This document shows positions 26,999 through 36,496 of a stretch of 64,000 bases of DNA, piece by piece. Origin of the DNA: an uncultured delta proteobacterium (GTDB lineage Bacteria > Desulfobacterota > Binatia > Binatales > Binataceae); assembly GCA_963765675.1 (NCBI GenBank), contig CAVXXK010000005.1:4957-68956 (forward strand), read 5' to 3'. Positions within the stretch are counted from its first letter, which is position 1. Each line of letters opens with the position of its first letter. A model generated the notes under the pieces. That model was not told where the DNA came from. It worked only from the letters and a program-made list of their open reading frames with translations, and searched no databases. A program made the translations under genes and the position numbers.

Positions 26999-28549
26999 TT
27001 AGTGCGCAACCGGGCCGGGCGAGGCGCGGACAGCGCGCTGGAAGGCCCATTGCCGGATGTGATTGATCTGCTCCTTCATCGAGCGCGAGAGCGGCACTCC
27101 CCCGACCGCCGCGTTGACCAGATCGTCCTCGGTCAGGTCGCGCTCGGCCAGGCGCGCTTTGGTCAGCGCTGAGATCACGCACTGCTCGATCTCGGCGCCG
27201 GTCCATCCGCGGGTGAACTCGATGATCTGTTGCAGGTTGAACTGCGCGGGATCGACGTTGCGGCGGCTCAGATGAACTTTGAAAATCGAGATCCGCTCGT
27301 CGTCGTGCGGCAGGTCAACGAAGAAGACTTCGTCGAAGCGCCCCTTGCGGATCATCTCGGCGGGGAGCAGATCGATTCGGTTCGCGGTCGCGGCGACAAA
27401 CAAGGCCCGGAAGCCTTTATCCTGCATCCACGTCAGAAAGAATGCGAAAATACGGCCCTGCTGGCTGCCGGTCTCCGAGGCGGTGATGCCCATCTCGATC
27501 TCGTCGAACCACACGATCGCGGGCGCCATGCTCTCGAGCGTGCGGCACGCCTCTACGAACGCCGCTTCGGGATTACCATGCCTGCCGGAGAAAATTTCGA
27601 TCATGTCGATCCGGTAGAGCGGGAGCTCGAAGCACGACGCGATCGCCCTGACCGACAGGCTTTTGCCGCATCCGGGGATTCCCATCACCAGGACGCCTTT
27701 GGGCACGATATCGGCGCTCAACTTGTCGCGCTGCTGAAATAATCGGCGGCGCTCGAGCAGCCACTTCTTGAGGTTCTCGAGACCGCCGATTTCTCCGATA
27801 TCGGTGCTCTCCGCGACGTAGTCGATAACGCCGCTGCGCTTGATCAGGACGCCTTTTTCCTCGAGCAGCGCCGGCATCGATTCGAGTCCCAGCCCGTGCC
27901 CGGCCGAGAGAGCGCGGCGAACGGCGTGGCGCGCGTCGTCGAGCGTCAGTCCCTGCAAAGCTCGCGCGAGCTGGTACAGAATTTCTTCGCTGGTGTCTGC
28001 TTTCTTTCCGTTCGGCGAGTTCTGCGCGGTCTCGGATCTGAGGAATTCCATCAGCTCGGTCAGGTCAGGCGGCAGAAGGTCGATAACGGCGAAGATCCGC
28101 TCGACTTCTTCCGGGATTGCGCGCACCGCCGAGGTGATCACGATGAACTTCTGCCGGTCCAGGCAGATCTGGTAGAGGTCGCGGATACGGCGGCGGACTT
28201 CCGCGGAGCTTCGCAGCGGTTCGTGAAAATCCTTCAGGTGAAAGATCGCAGGTTCGTTGTGCGACGCGATAAAGTCCAGCGCCTCGCGCGGATCAGAGGT
28301 GCCGGCTTCCGCCGCGTTGCGCAGCGCGTGGTCGCCAGCCTGTGCTTCAGCCGCGTCACTGCACAGCCCCTCGGTCAGGCTCCACGTCCAGACCGGAATT
28401 GGCTTCGATCCGCCCATCTGCCGCCCGACGTAGCGCAGCAGATCGCCCACTCGATCCTCTTCCGCGGAGCGCACATAGACCAGCGGCCGTCCGGACGTAA
28501 AGATTTCCAAAAACGATGCGGCCGCGCGGCTATTAGCGGGATTTTCCAT
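26999..28549 (-). CDS. AAA+ ATPase, Ycf46-like
   Basis: Walker A is GIPGCGKS, Walker B is IVWFDEIE and the arginine-finger region is IRKGRFDEVFFV. The N-terminal domain (RPLVYVRSAEEDRV...IFHLKDFHEPL...KFIVITS...IPEEVERIF) follows the layout I recall for cyanobacterial/plastid Ycf46. Confidence 0.75.
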   Translation of the reverse strand: MENPANSRAAASFLEIFTSGRPLVYVRSAEEDRVGDLLRYVGRQMGGSKPIPVWTWSLTEGLCSDAAEAQAGDHALRNAAEAGTSDPREALDFIASHNEPAIFHLKDFHEPLRSSAEVRRRIRDLYQICLDRQKFIVITSAVRAIPEEVERIFAVIDLLPPDLTELMEFLRSETAQNSPNGKKADTSEEILYQLARALQGLTLDDARHAVRRALSAGHGLGLESMPALLEEKGVLIKRSGVIDYVAESTDIGEIGGLENLKKWLLERRRLFQQRDKLSADIVPKGVLVMGIPGCGKSLSVRAIASCFELPLYRIDMIEIFSGRHGNPEAAFVEACRTLESMAPAIVWFDEIEMGITASETGSQQGRIFAFFLTWMQDKGFRALFVAATANRIDLLPAEMIRKGRFDEVFFVDLPHDDERISIFKVHLSRRNVDPAQFNLQQIIEFTRGWTGAEIEQCVISALTKARLAERDLTEDDLVNAAVGGVPLSRSMKEQINHIRQWAFQRAVRASPGPVAH

Positions 28550-28827
28550 TTTAAGTCCTGAACCCAATCGCAATAATCAAATCTAACCCTCCGACCGAGC
28601 CTGTTCCACTCGACCAGACGCCTCGGCCGGGCTTTGGTTGCTACTATCTTACCTCATTCCGAGATGGCGCCTGTCACGGTCGTGGCGTAGACTGCGGCCC
28701 AGATTAAGCCGAGGCAATCCTCTCTTCGAATTTCCGCCCGTACATAAGCACTTCTCCTTGATGGAATGCGAAACGATGGCTCATGATGCTATCTTCCCGT
28801 TAGGCGCACACGGCGGAGGGATCGTTG

Positions 28828-29605
28828 ATGGCGGAATACGTCGACATAGAAAAGGCGAGAAGCCTGCCCGGACTGCGAGTAGTCCTGCCGCCGGGAATCC
28901 CGGGACCCTGGGGCGAGGCGATCAAGGGCGTCCTGCACGTCAAGAAGATTCCCTTCATCAAGGTCCGCCACGATCGAGTTGACTACTCTCCGCTCATCCG
29001 ATGGACCGCACAGGCGAGCACGCCTGTCCTGGTTTACAACGACGAACGCCCGCGCAGCGTGTGGAACGATCAGATTAACTTTCGCCGAGCGATTGCAGCC
29101 CAACCCGCCGCTGGTTCCAGCGGCTCTCGACGATCGCGTGCTGATGTTCGGCCTGTGCAATCTGCTTGCTGGCGAGAACGGCTTCGGATGGACGCGGCGG
29201 CTGATCATTGTTCAGGGGATGCTGAAAGAATCGGGCGCCGACGAAGCCGCGCGCAATGCATCGCTCGCGTTCGGAGCCAAGTACGGCTACTCGCCGGAGG
29301 CGGCTTTAGCGGCGCCCGCAAAATGCGCGGACATGATCGCGGTCTTTGCGCGCCGCCTCGAGCGTCAGCAGGCGCTCGGCAGCCGCTTCTTTATCGGCGA
29401 CCGGATCTCCGCGCTGGATATCTATTGGGCCGCGTTCGCCGCAGTGATCAAACCGCTCCCCCACGAGCTGTGCCCGATGCGGCAGGGAATGCGAAAGGCT
29501 TACGACTGCGCCGATCCTCTGATTCTCGGCGCGATGACGCCGCAGCTCATGGCGCATCGCGACTTTATCTACCGCGAGTACCTCGAGCTGCCGGTCGATC
29601 TGTAG
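28828..29605 (+). pseudogene. glutathione S-transferase-like protein, frame interrupted near 29060-29080 (or assembly indel)
   Basis: The N-terminal thioredoxin-like part (MAEYVDIEKARSLPGLRVVL...KIPFIKV...TPVLVYNDERPRSVWNDQI) is in the frame of ORF 28825. The helical C-terminal part (FAERLQPNPPLVP...FFIGDRISALDIYWAAF...) is in the frame of ORF 28979..29605. Confidence 0.5.
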
Positions 29606-29681
29606 CTCGCGCAAGCTCCGCCGCTTTGATCGTTCCCCCTGTAGAGTCGCGGCTGCTTTTCGGTAACATCGATGGATTCAG

Positions 29682-30425
29682 ATGGAGCCCGCGACTGCCA
29701 CCATGCGATTCATGCCGATAATTCTCGCGTCGGTGACGTTGGTCTCGACCGGGCTCGGCGGGATGGCGGCGGTCAGGTTTCGTGATCGGCTGCATTTCCT
29801 GCTCGGATTCTCCTCCGGTGCCGTAATTGCGGTGGCGTTGTTCGACATCCTGCCGGAAGTCTTCGCGATTCACGGCGGGGCCTCGTACATGCCCTTGGCG
29901 GCGGTCGGCTTTCTCGCCTTTTTCGGGCTCGAACGGTACACCGCGATGCATCGGGCGCGCGAACATGTTCATCGGGCCAAAGCGCATGAGCAGGAGCTTG
30001 GCGCAATGTCGGCGGCGGGGCTGGTCTTCCACAGCTTCCTCGACGGCGTCGCGATTGGAGTTGGATTTCAAACCAGCGCGCAAATCGGACTTCTGATCGC
30101 GCTCGGAATTATCACCCACGACTTGAGTGACGGCCTCAACACGGTGACCGTGGTGCTGGCGCATGAAAATCCGCTGAGGCGCGCGATCTTCTGGCTCGCG
30201 CTCGACATGCTTGCGCCGGTGTTCGGCGCCACCGCGACGCTGCTACTTAATCTGCACGGAGTGCTGCCCTGGCTGCTGGCCTTTTTCGCCGGCTCGTTCT
30301 TGTATATCGGAGCGTCCGACCTCCTGCCGGAAGCCAAGGAGCACGATTCGCCATTGGTTGGCGTAGCAACCGCGGCGGGGATGCTCGCGATCCTGCTCGC
30401 GACGCGAGCGCTGCACGCCCTTTGA
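29682..30425 (+). CDS. ZIP family metal (zinc/iron) transporter
   Basis: A polytopic membrane protein with HSFLDGVAIGVGF and ITHDLSDGLN, the ZIP (ZupT-like) signature helices. Confidence 0.85.
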   Translation: MEPATATMRFMPIILASVTLVSTGLGGMAAVRFRDRLHFLLGFSSGAVIAVALFDILPEVFAIHGGASYMPLAAVGFLAFFGLERYTAMHRAREHVHRAKAHEQELGAMSAAGLVFHSFLDGVAIGVGFQTSAQIGLLIALGIITHDLSDGLNTVTVVLAHENPLRRAIFWLALDMLAPVFGATATLLLNLHGVLPWLLAFFAGSFLYIGASDLLPEAKEHDSPLVGVATAAGMLAILLATRALHAL

Positions 30426-30526
30426 AGCGGACAGCATCTGCCTTGACCGGCAGGGAACGGTATGGGACTAAGGTCGGGTTTTAGGCGCACGCGTATTCGA
30501 ATCTGTCTTCCCCGGAGGATCGATAA

Positions 30527-31444
30527 ATGGCCGCTAAAATGGGTGTCCTGCCACGGATGTCGAATCCCAAGACGGTAACGTATAGCGACGGTCATCCACT
30601 CGACGAGGTTCACTATCTCGAATGCAAGCTGATCCTGAAGCCCGATCGCTTCATCGCCCCGCCGAGCTTTCACGACTACTCCAAGATCGTGCGGCGTGCG
30701 GCCGAAGAGACCGGCGTGGATTTTTCAACCTCGGGCTTCAAGAATCTCAAACCGAAGATCAGGGAAGTGGTCTTCCTGGATACCAGGGATTTCGCGCTCT
30801 ACAACCACGCGTTCATCCTGCGCCGGCGTATCACGTATGAAGACGGCTTTCCGATTGGCGAGCCGGAAGTGGTCTTCAAGTTTCGCCATCCGGATTTCGA
30901 CACCGCGGCGGAACTCGATGTACGCCCGAATATCCGCGGCGAATATCGAATCAAGTTCAAGGCCGAGGCGTTGCCGCTCAAGAACAAGCTTGGCGGCCAG
31001 CGAATGCTGTTCTCTCACAACGTGGAATTCGGCCTGAACCAGGCGCGCGGAGTCGATTCGGCATCGTTGGCGACGCTGGTGAATCTGTTCCCGCTATTGG
31101 CGACGCTGAGGAAATCCGGAGCGCAAAAGATCGAGCTCGTGAACCACGAGATCGTCGAGGAAGTGCTGCAGGACCTGGGCGAGCTCGATTTCGGCAAAGG
31201 CGTCACCGCAAAGTGCAACGCCGCATTGTGGCGGCAACGAGGCGATCACAAGCTGCTGGTCGGCGAGTTCTCCTACGAGTGCAAGTTCAAGCGCGAAAAC
31301 GAGCTTCACGAAAAGGCGATGGAACGATGCAAGCGATTTTTCGTCGCGCTGCAGCAAATCGGCCGCGAATGGGTCTCGTTAGGCACGACCAAGACCGGCA
31401 TCGTCTATCGACTGAAAGGCAACCCTCCGCAAGCGCACGAGTAA
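30527..31444 (+). CDS. hypothetical protein (possible CYTH/triphosphate-tunnel-like beta-barrel)
   Basis: 305-aa ORF with the RBS GGAGGA 7 nt upstream. It has alternating charged beta-strand patterns (YLECKLILK, VVFKFRH, YRIKFKAE, EFSYECKFKRE). I recognise no firm family. Confidence 0.55.
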   Translation: MAAKMGVLPRMSNPKTVTYSDGHPLDEVHYLECKLILKPDRFIAPPSFHDYSKIVRRAAEETGVDFSTSGFKNLKPKIREVVFLDTRDFALYNHAFILRRRITYEDGFPIGEPEVVFKFRHPDFDTAAELDVRPNIRGEYRIKFKAEALPLKNKLGGQRMLFSHNVEFGLNQARGVDSASLATLVNLFPLLATLRKSGAQKIELVNHEIVEEVLQDLGELDFGKGVTAKCNAALWRQRGDHKLLVGEFSYECKFKRENELHEKAMERCKRFFVALQQIGREWVSLGTTKTGIVYRLKGNPPQAHE

Positions 31445-31460
31445 CGGCGCTCGCGAATGC

Positions 31461-33083
31461 CTAGTAGGCGGTGTAGGGACCGTTGCCGAGCGGCGAGGAC
31501 GTGCCCGCCATGCCGATATACACCGAGCGTCCGAAGAAAAACGGCAGGCCCCAATCAAAGCCGTCGTAGCTGCTGCCGCCGTCGTAGGTTCCGCCAAGGT
31601 CGTCGAACGCGGCGTCGTCCGTGTCGAACAGCGTGTTGGCGTCGGCGACGTTGAAATCGACCACGCCCGTCACCGACGAACCGACGCTCTGGTTGGTCGC
31701 GCTCTCAGAGAGCGTCGAGGAGGGGCAGTAAAATCCCGAGCCGTCTGAGCATTCTTTGATTGAGTTGTCATTGAAGAAGTATCCATTCGAGCCGGTATCG
31801 AAGAAGCCGCCCGCCGTGCTGCCGCTAAAGACTGTGTTGATATCGAGGAAGTTCTCGCTCTCGGTGTCGGAATTTGCCTGGAAAGTCTTTACCGAACCCG
31901 GCTGGTTGTCACTTTCGGTCCCGATACCAAAGTAGAGCGTGCCGCTGGCCGTCGCTTCGCCGCCGGCGGAAATCGACGGCAGGCTCACCATCACGCCGTT
32001 GTTATCAACCGGGAATGCCGCGATCGGGTTTGGAACGATGTCGCCGTTGGGCGCGCTGTCGAGAAGCGAGCAATCGCCACCCGAGCAATCGAAGTACTCA
32101 GTGAAAATGGCGTCGTTGGAGTACGGGCCGATACCAAAAATGCCGTTGAAGCCAGCGTCTTCCGGCGCCGCGATCAACTCCGTTCCCTCTGTGCAGTCGC
32201 GCGGCGCCGACGCGAACGCGTCGTTATCGTCCATCACCTGGATCGGAATCGTAATCTTGGGTTCACCCGCGACGGTTACATCGACGGTCGAGACCGCACC
32301 CCAGGTCGATCCAGAGCCGAAGAACGCGCATTCGCCGACCTCTTCACCCTTGTTGCTGTTCGGAACAATACCCAGACCGCTGATTTGCGATCCGTAAATA
32401 CGCAATCCGAACGATCCGGTATCGACCAGTACGTTGTTGACCGTCGTACAATTGCTGCTTCCCGTCGCACAGATTGTCAGCGACACGAATGGCATATCGA
32501 CCGTGCCGTAAGGTCCCGGGTTCACCGACATCGGGAGTGCGTTAGACGTCATTGGCGAAGGCGTTGCGGTCGGCGTCGGCGTCGGACCGCCCGGAGTCGG
32601 AGTAGGACCCGACGGGGTCGGCGTCGGACCGACGAAAGTTGGTGTCGCGACCGGTCCCTTCGCGTTGCCGTGCAGATGAACTATCTCGAATTCGTTTGCG
32701 GGTTTGCATCCGCTGCAATCGACCTCGAGCTCAGCTTCCACCGGGCCCTTGGCGGTCGGAGCGAACTCGATCGAGATAGCCTCCTCGGCGCCCGGTGCCA
32801 GCGAATACGATCCTCCACCCGCGACTAAGCTGAACGGAGCAGGCGGCTCGCTCACTGTGACGTTCGCGTCGATATCGCCGGTGTTCCTGATCGTCAGCGA
32901 TTTGATCGTCGCGACTTTGACGATTCCGAATCCGATCGATTTCCGCGAAAACGCCAGATGCGCATTGGAGGTCTGCGCGGCTGCCGTATCGGCTCCGGAC
33001 ACGTGCTGCGCGAGCGCGGCAGTCGCGATCATCGCGGAGCAGGTAACTAACACGAACGCTGCCCGGGCAATCGATCTCTTCAT
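31461..33083 (-). CDS. secreted DUF3443 family protein with N-terminal HYDIN/ASH-like Ig domain and Pro/Thr linker
   Basis: The signal peptide is MKRSIARAAFVLVTCSAMIATAALAQ and the linker is PTPTPSGPTPTPGGPTPTPTATP. Two D-T-G-S motifs are present (VLVDTGSFGLRIY and FFDTGSNGYFF). Confidence 0.7.
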   Translation of the reverse strand: MKRSIARAAFVLVTCSAMIATAALAQHVSGADTAAAQTSNAHLAFSRKSIGFGIVKVATIKSLTIRNTGDIDANVTVSEPPAPFSLVAGGGSYSLAPGAEEAISIEFAPTAKGPVEAELEVDCSGCKPANEFEIVHLHGNAKGPVATPTFVGPTPTPSGPTPTPGGPTPTPTATPSPMTSNALPMSVNPGPYGTVDMPFVSLTICATGSSNCTTVNNVLVDTGSFGLRIYGSQISGLGIVPNSNKGEEVGECAFFGSGSTWGAVSTVDVTVAGEPKITIPIQVMDDNDAFASAPRDCTEGTELIAAPEDAGFNGIFGIGPYSNDAIFTEYFDCSGGDCSLLDSAPNGDIVPNPIAAFPVDNNGVMVSLPSISAGGEATASGTLYFGIGTESDNQPGSVKTFQANSDTESENFLDINTVFSGSTAGGFFDTGSNGYFFNDNSIKECSDGSGFYCPSSTLSESATNQSVGSSVTGVVDFNVADANTLFDTDDAAFDDLGGTYDGGSSYDGFDWGLPFFFGRSVYIGMAGTSSPLGNGPYTAY

Positions 33084-33598
33084 TTCACTACCGCTTCGGG
33101 ATCGACGCCCGACGGAACCAGGCTCGGCGCGTAGGCGCGGCCGGTCAGGTTGCCCATATGGCCGGTTAGATAAACGACGGAATTAGGACCCGCGATCACA
33201 GCGTGATGCAGCCCGATCGGACCCTTATGTGCCCGCGCCGCCGCTTGATATTCCGGATAATACGAGCCCAGCAGCACGCTCAGATCGGGCGGCCGGTGCC
33301 CTTGCCATGCGACGCCGAATACCGGACCGGAGCGAGCGGAATATTCGCGCACCGTGACTCCGTTGCCGGTGACAAATGATTGAGTGGAGAACTTCGCGGG
33401 CTGTGCCGACTGAGTTGTAGCGGCCGATTGCGAAACCGCCGGCGACATTTTACCCGCCATCGCGGAGGCGTCGGCCGTGACCGATGCGGCATCGCCGCCT
33501 AGTCCGGCACGCGCGGGAATCGATCCGATGATTAGAACGCTCCCAGCCAGAAGCGCTGCGACAGCAAGTTTTCCGCCCCGTACACCGACCGTCTTCAT
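33080..33598 (-). CDS. DUF2844 domain-containing secreted protein
   Basis: MKTVGVRGGKLAVAALLAGSVLIIGSIPARA is a signal peptide. There is a 4-nt ATGA overlap with the downstream DUF3443 gene. I recall the DUF2844/DUF3443 pairing from other genomes. Confidence 0.55.
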   Translation of the reverse strand: MKTVGVRGGKLAVAALLAGSVLIIGSIPARAGLGGDAASVTADASAMAGKMSPAVSQSAATTQSAQPAKFSTQSFVTGNGVTVREYSARSGPVFGVAWQGHRPPDLSVLLGSYYPEYQAAARAHKGPIGLHHAVIAGPNSVVYLTGHMGNLTGRAYAPSLVPSGVDPEAVVK

Positions 33599-33793
33599 TT
33601 TCAAACCTGCAACGCCGAGCTGTCGGCGTGGTAGCACATGGTCTCTAGAGAAGACGTTCGGGATTGAGCTTTCGTTGCACCTCGCCGGAGAAAAAAACTA
33701 CCTTCCGTTTTTTATGAATGAAATTTAAGTTACTGAGTATTTTTTTCTTTCGCGGATAATCTTATGTATTCTGCGGCTCAAATTTCGTCATAG

Positions 33794-34603
33794 TCAGCGC
33801 AGATCGGCAGGGGTTTGTCCCTCGACGACGCGCTTGGCGATTTTCACGACTACCGAGCGCGGCGCCAGGCGCACGAAATTTGCGCGCACCCAGTTGAACC
33901 ATCCCGAGATTACCGACGGATGCTTTCCCAGCGCGTCGAAGGTCACCCGCACGACGTTCTCCGGCGGCTCGCCGTGGTTGGGACCGACGCTCTCTCCCGC
34001 GACCTGCTGAAACTCGGTCGCGGTCGATCCCGGCTCGAGAACGATCGCGTCGACGCCGGTCCCGCGCAGCTCGCCCCATAGACCCTCGCCGAACAGCAGA
34101 TCGAATCCCTTGGTCGCGCTGTACACCGCATGCAGCGGGAGCGGTTGGCGTCCCGCGACCGAGCCTACGACAATCACCGCGCCGCGCCCGCGCTTCAGCA
34201 TCCCGGGCAGAATCCTGCTGGTCAGGACGACCGGAACCTCGCAGTTGACGCGGACCATCATCCGAAGGCGCTCGGTGTCGAGCTTGTCGAAACGGCCCGC
34301 GTAGCCGAAGCCCGCGTTGTTAACGAGGATCGCGATCGGCAAATCCGCGACCGCACTCGCGAGCCGGTCGGCGCCATCGACGGCGGCAAGATCGGCGGCG
34401 ACGACGCGAGTCTCGATTTTGTATCGATCGCGCAGCTCGGCCGCGAGCGCGTTCAGCCGATCCTCGCGGCGCGCGGTCAGCACCACGGACAGGTTCTCGC
34501 GCGCGAGCGCGCGGGCGAATTCGAGCCCGATTCCGGCAGACGCGCCCGTGACCAGAGCCCAGTCGCCATAGCGCTGCCGCAGGTTCCATCGTGATTCAGC
34601 CAT
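33794..34603 (-). CDS. SDR family oxidoreductase
   Basis: ALVTGASAGIGLEFARAL, NNAG, YSATKGF. Confidence 0.9.
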   Translation of the reverse strand: MAESRWNLRQRYGDWALVTGASAGIGLEFARALARENLSVVLTARREDRLNALAAELRDRYKIETRVVAADLAAVDGADRLASAVADLPIAILVNNAGFGYAGRFDKLDTERLRMMVRVNCEVPVVLTSRILPGMLKRGRGAVIVVGSVAGRQPLPLHAVYSATKGFDLLFGEGLWGELRGTGVDAIVLEPGSTATEFQQVAGESVGPNHGEPPENVVRVTFDALGKHPSVISGWFNWVRANFVRLAPRSVVVKIAKRVVEGQTPADLR

Positions 34604-34859
34604 TCGCGATGCCTCCGATTTCCCGTCTCAGATTTCTCCCCCATTGTCTGACATGGGCAAGGATTAAAGGAGGGGGTGCAGCAACAAATTTAGCTAGATG
34701 CAAACTCGACAGAAACTGTGAATCTCTGCTTTACCAGCCACTGACTATCTGAAGCTTCAGCTCCGCCTCGATTGGATATACGTGCAGCTCCAGGAGGTTC
34801 GACAGCGCCGGTGGCGTTCGGGTAAGAGTAGCTGAGCGATACATCGGAGGCTCATCCAT

Positions 34860-36449
34860 ATGGCATCGGCTACTCTGCGCGAGGCGCAACCGGTCGTCGA
34901 AACGACCTGCGGCAAAGTTCGCGGAAAAATCGCCGGGGATGTCAGCGTCTTCAGAGGAGTTCCGTACGGCGCTTCGACCGCGGGCAAGAATCGCTTCATG
35001 CCGCCGGTCGCGGCGCCCGCGTGGACAGGTGTGCGCGACGCGTTCGAGTACGGACCGAGCGCGCCACAGAATCCCTCCTCGATGCGCGGCAAGGTCGATC
35101 CGCGTAGCGGGTTCGCCGCGTATGGCGATGCTGACGGCATCGCGGAAAGCGAAGACTGCCTTGTTCTCAATGTATGGACGCCCTCACCGGGCGACGGCGG
35201 CAAGCGGCCCGTGATGTTCTGGTGCCACGGCGGCGGTTTCGCGGCGAGCTCGGGTTCGCCCCTGATGTACGCCGGGGAGAGGCTGGCCAGTCGAGGCGAC
35301 GTGGTGGTGGTGACCGTCAACCATCGCCTCGGCTCACTTGGATATAGCTATATCGCGGGAGTTGGTGGCGAGCGGTTTGCCTCGTCGGTCAACGTCGGGA
35401 TGCTCGATCTGGTCGCGGCGCTTAAGTGGGTCCGCGACAATATCGCGCGGTTCGGCGGCGACCCGGGTTGCGTCACGATCTTCGGCGAATCGGGAGGAGG
35501 CGCGAAGGTCTCGACTCTGCTCGCGATGCCGTCGGCCAAAGGACTCTTTCATCGCGCGGTGATCCAGAGCGGTCCCGGCTTTCGGATGCTCGAGACCAAT
35601 AGTGCGATCGAGACCGCCGACATGCTGCTCGGCGAGTTGGGACTCGACCGCGCCCGCGTCGGCGAAATCCAGAACCTCTCGGTGCATCGGATTCTCGCGG
35701 CCGAGGCCGCGGTCGAGCGCAAGCTCGGCCGGCGCGTCGTCGGATTCCGGCAAGGCTTCGCACCGGTGGTCGACAGACAGACGCTCGAACAGCATCCGTT
35801 CGATCCGAAAGCGCCGGCGATATCCGCCGGCGTGCCGGTGATGATCGGATACAACCGCACCGAAACGACGCTGTTCCTGGCCGGCGACCGCGAAGCGTTC
35901 TCCCTCGACGAGGCGGGGCTTCAGCGCCGCGTCAAGTTTTTGCTGCGCGACAATTCCGAACGCGTCATAGAGGAGTTCCGCGCCGCAAATCCGGGCGCGA
36001 CCGCGTCGGAACTTTTCTTCCTGATCGGCACCGAATTTCCGACCGGCGCGTTCTCGCGCAAAATCGCGCAGCGCAAGAGTGAGCAAGGTGCTGCTCCGGC
36101 TTATCTCTACCGCTTCGACTGGGAGACGCCGATCGCGGGCGGCAGAATGAAATCGCCGCACGCGCTCGAAATCACTTTCGTGTTCGATCACGCGGGCGAG
36201 CCGCTCGCGCCACGGCTTGCGCCCGACAGTCCCGAGGTTCACGCCCTCGCGGCCGAGATGAGCAGCCGCTGGATCGCGTTTGCGCGCAGCGGCAATCCGA
36301 ACACCGGAAATGCGCCGCGCTGGCCCGAGTATTCCGCCGACGGACGCGCGACGATGATCTTCAATAGCAAGAGCAGGGTCGAGAACGATCCTGCGCGCCA
36401 GGAGCGGCTCGCGATCGATCGCGTCCTGTTCCCGTCGGAAACCGCGTGA
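34860..36449 (+). CDS. carboxylesterase/lipase family protein (type B, para-nitrobenzyl esterase-like)
   Basis: FRGVPYGAS, EDCLVLNVWTP, PVMFWCHGGGF and the nucleophile elbow FGESGGGA. Confidence 0.9.
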   Translation: MASATLREAQPVVETTCGKVRGKIAGDVSVFRGVPYGASTAGKNRFMPPVAAPAWTGVRDAFEYGPSAPQNPSSMRGKVDPRSGFAAYGDADGIAESEDCLVLNVWTPSPGDGGKRPVMFWCHGGGFAASSGSPLMYAGERLASRGDVVVVTVNHRLGSLGYSYIAGVGGERFASSVNVGMLDLVAALKWVRDNIARFGGDPGCVTIFGESGGGAKVSTLLAMPSAKGLFHRAVIQSGPGFRMLETNSAIETADMLLGELGLDRARVGEIQNLSVHRILAAEAAVERKLGRRVVGFRQGFAPVVDRQTLEQHPFDPKAPAISAGVPVMIGYNRTETTLFLAGDREAFSLDEAGLQRRVKFLLRDNSERVIEEFRAANPGATASELFFLIGTEFPTGAFSRKIAQRKSEQGAAPAYLYRFDWETPIAGGRMKSPHALEITFVFDHAGEPLAPRLAPDSPEVHALAAEMSSRWIAFARSGNPNTGNAPRWPEYSADGRATMIFNSKSRVENDPARQERLAIDRVLFPSETA

Positions 36450-36496
36450 GGGGCTGAGTATCTAGTACTGAGACGCGTCGCAATCTGAGAATCCGC

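Noticed and set aside
35334-36242. 302-aa minus-strand ORF.
   Set aside because: It is antisense to the carboxylesterase gene, which has the GESGGG nucleophile elbow. No motifs were seen.
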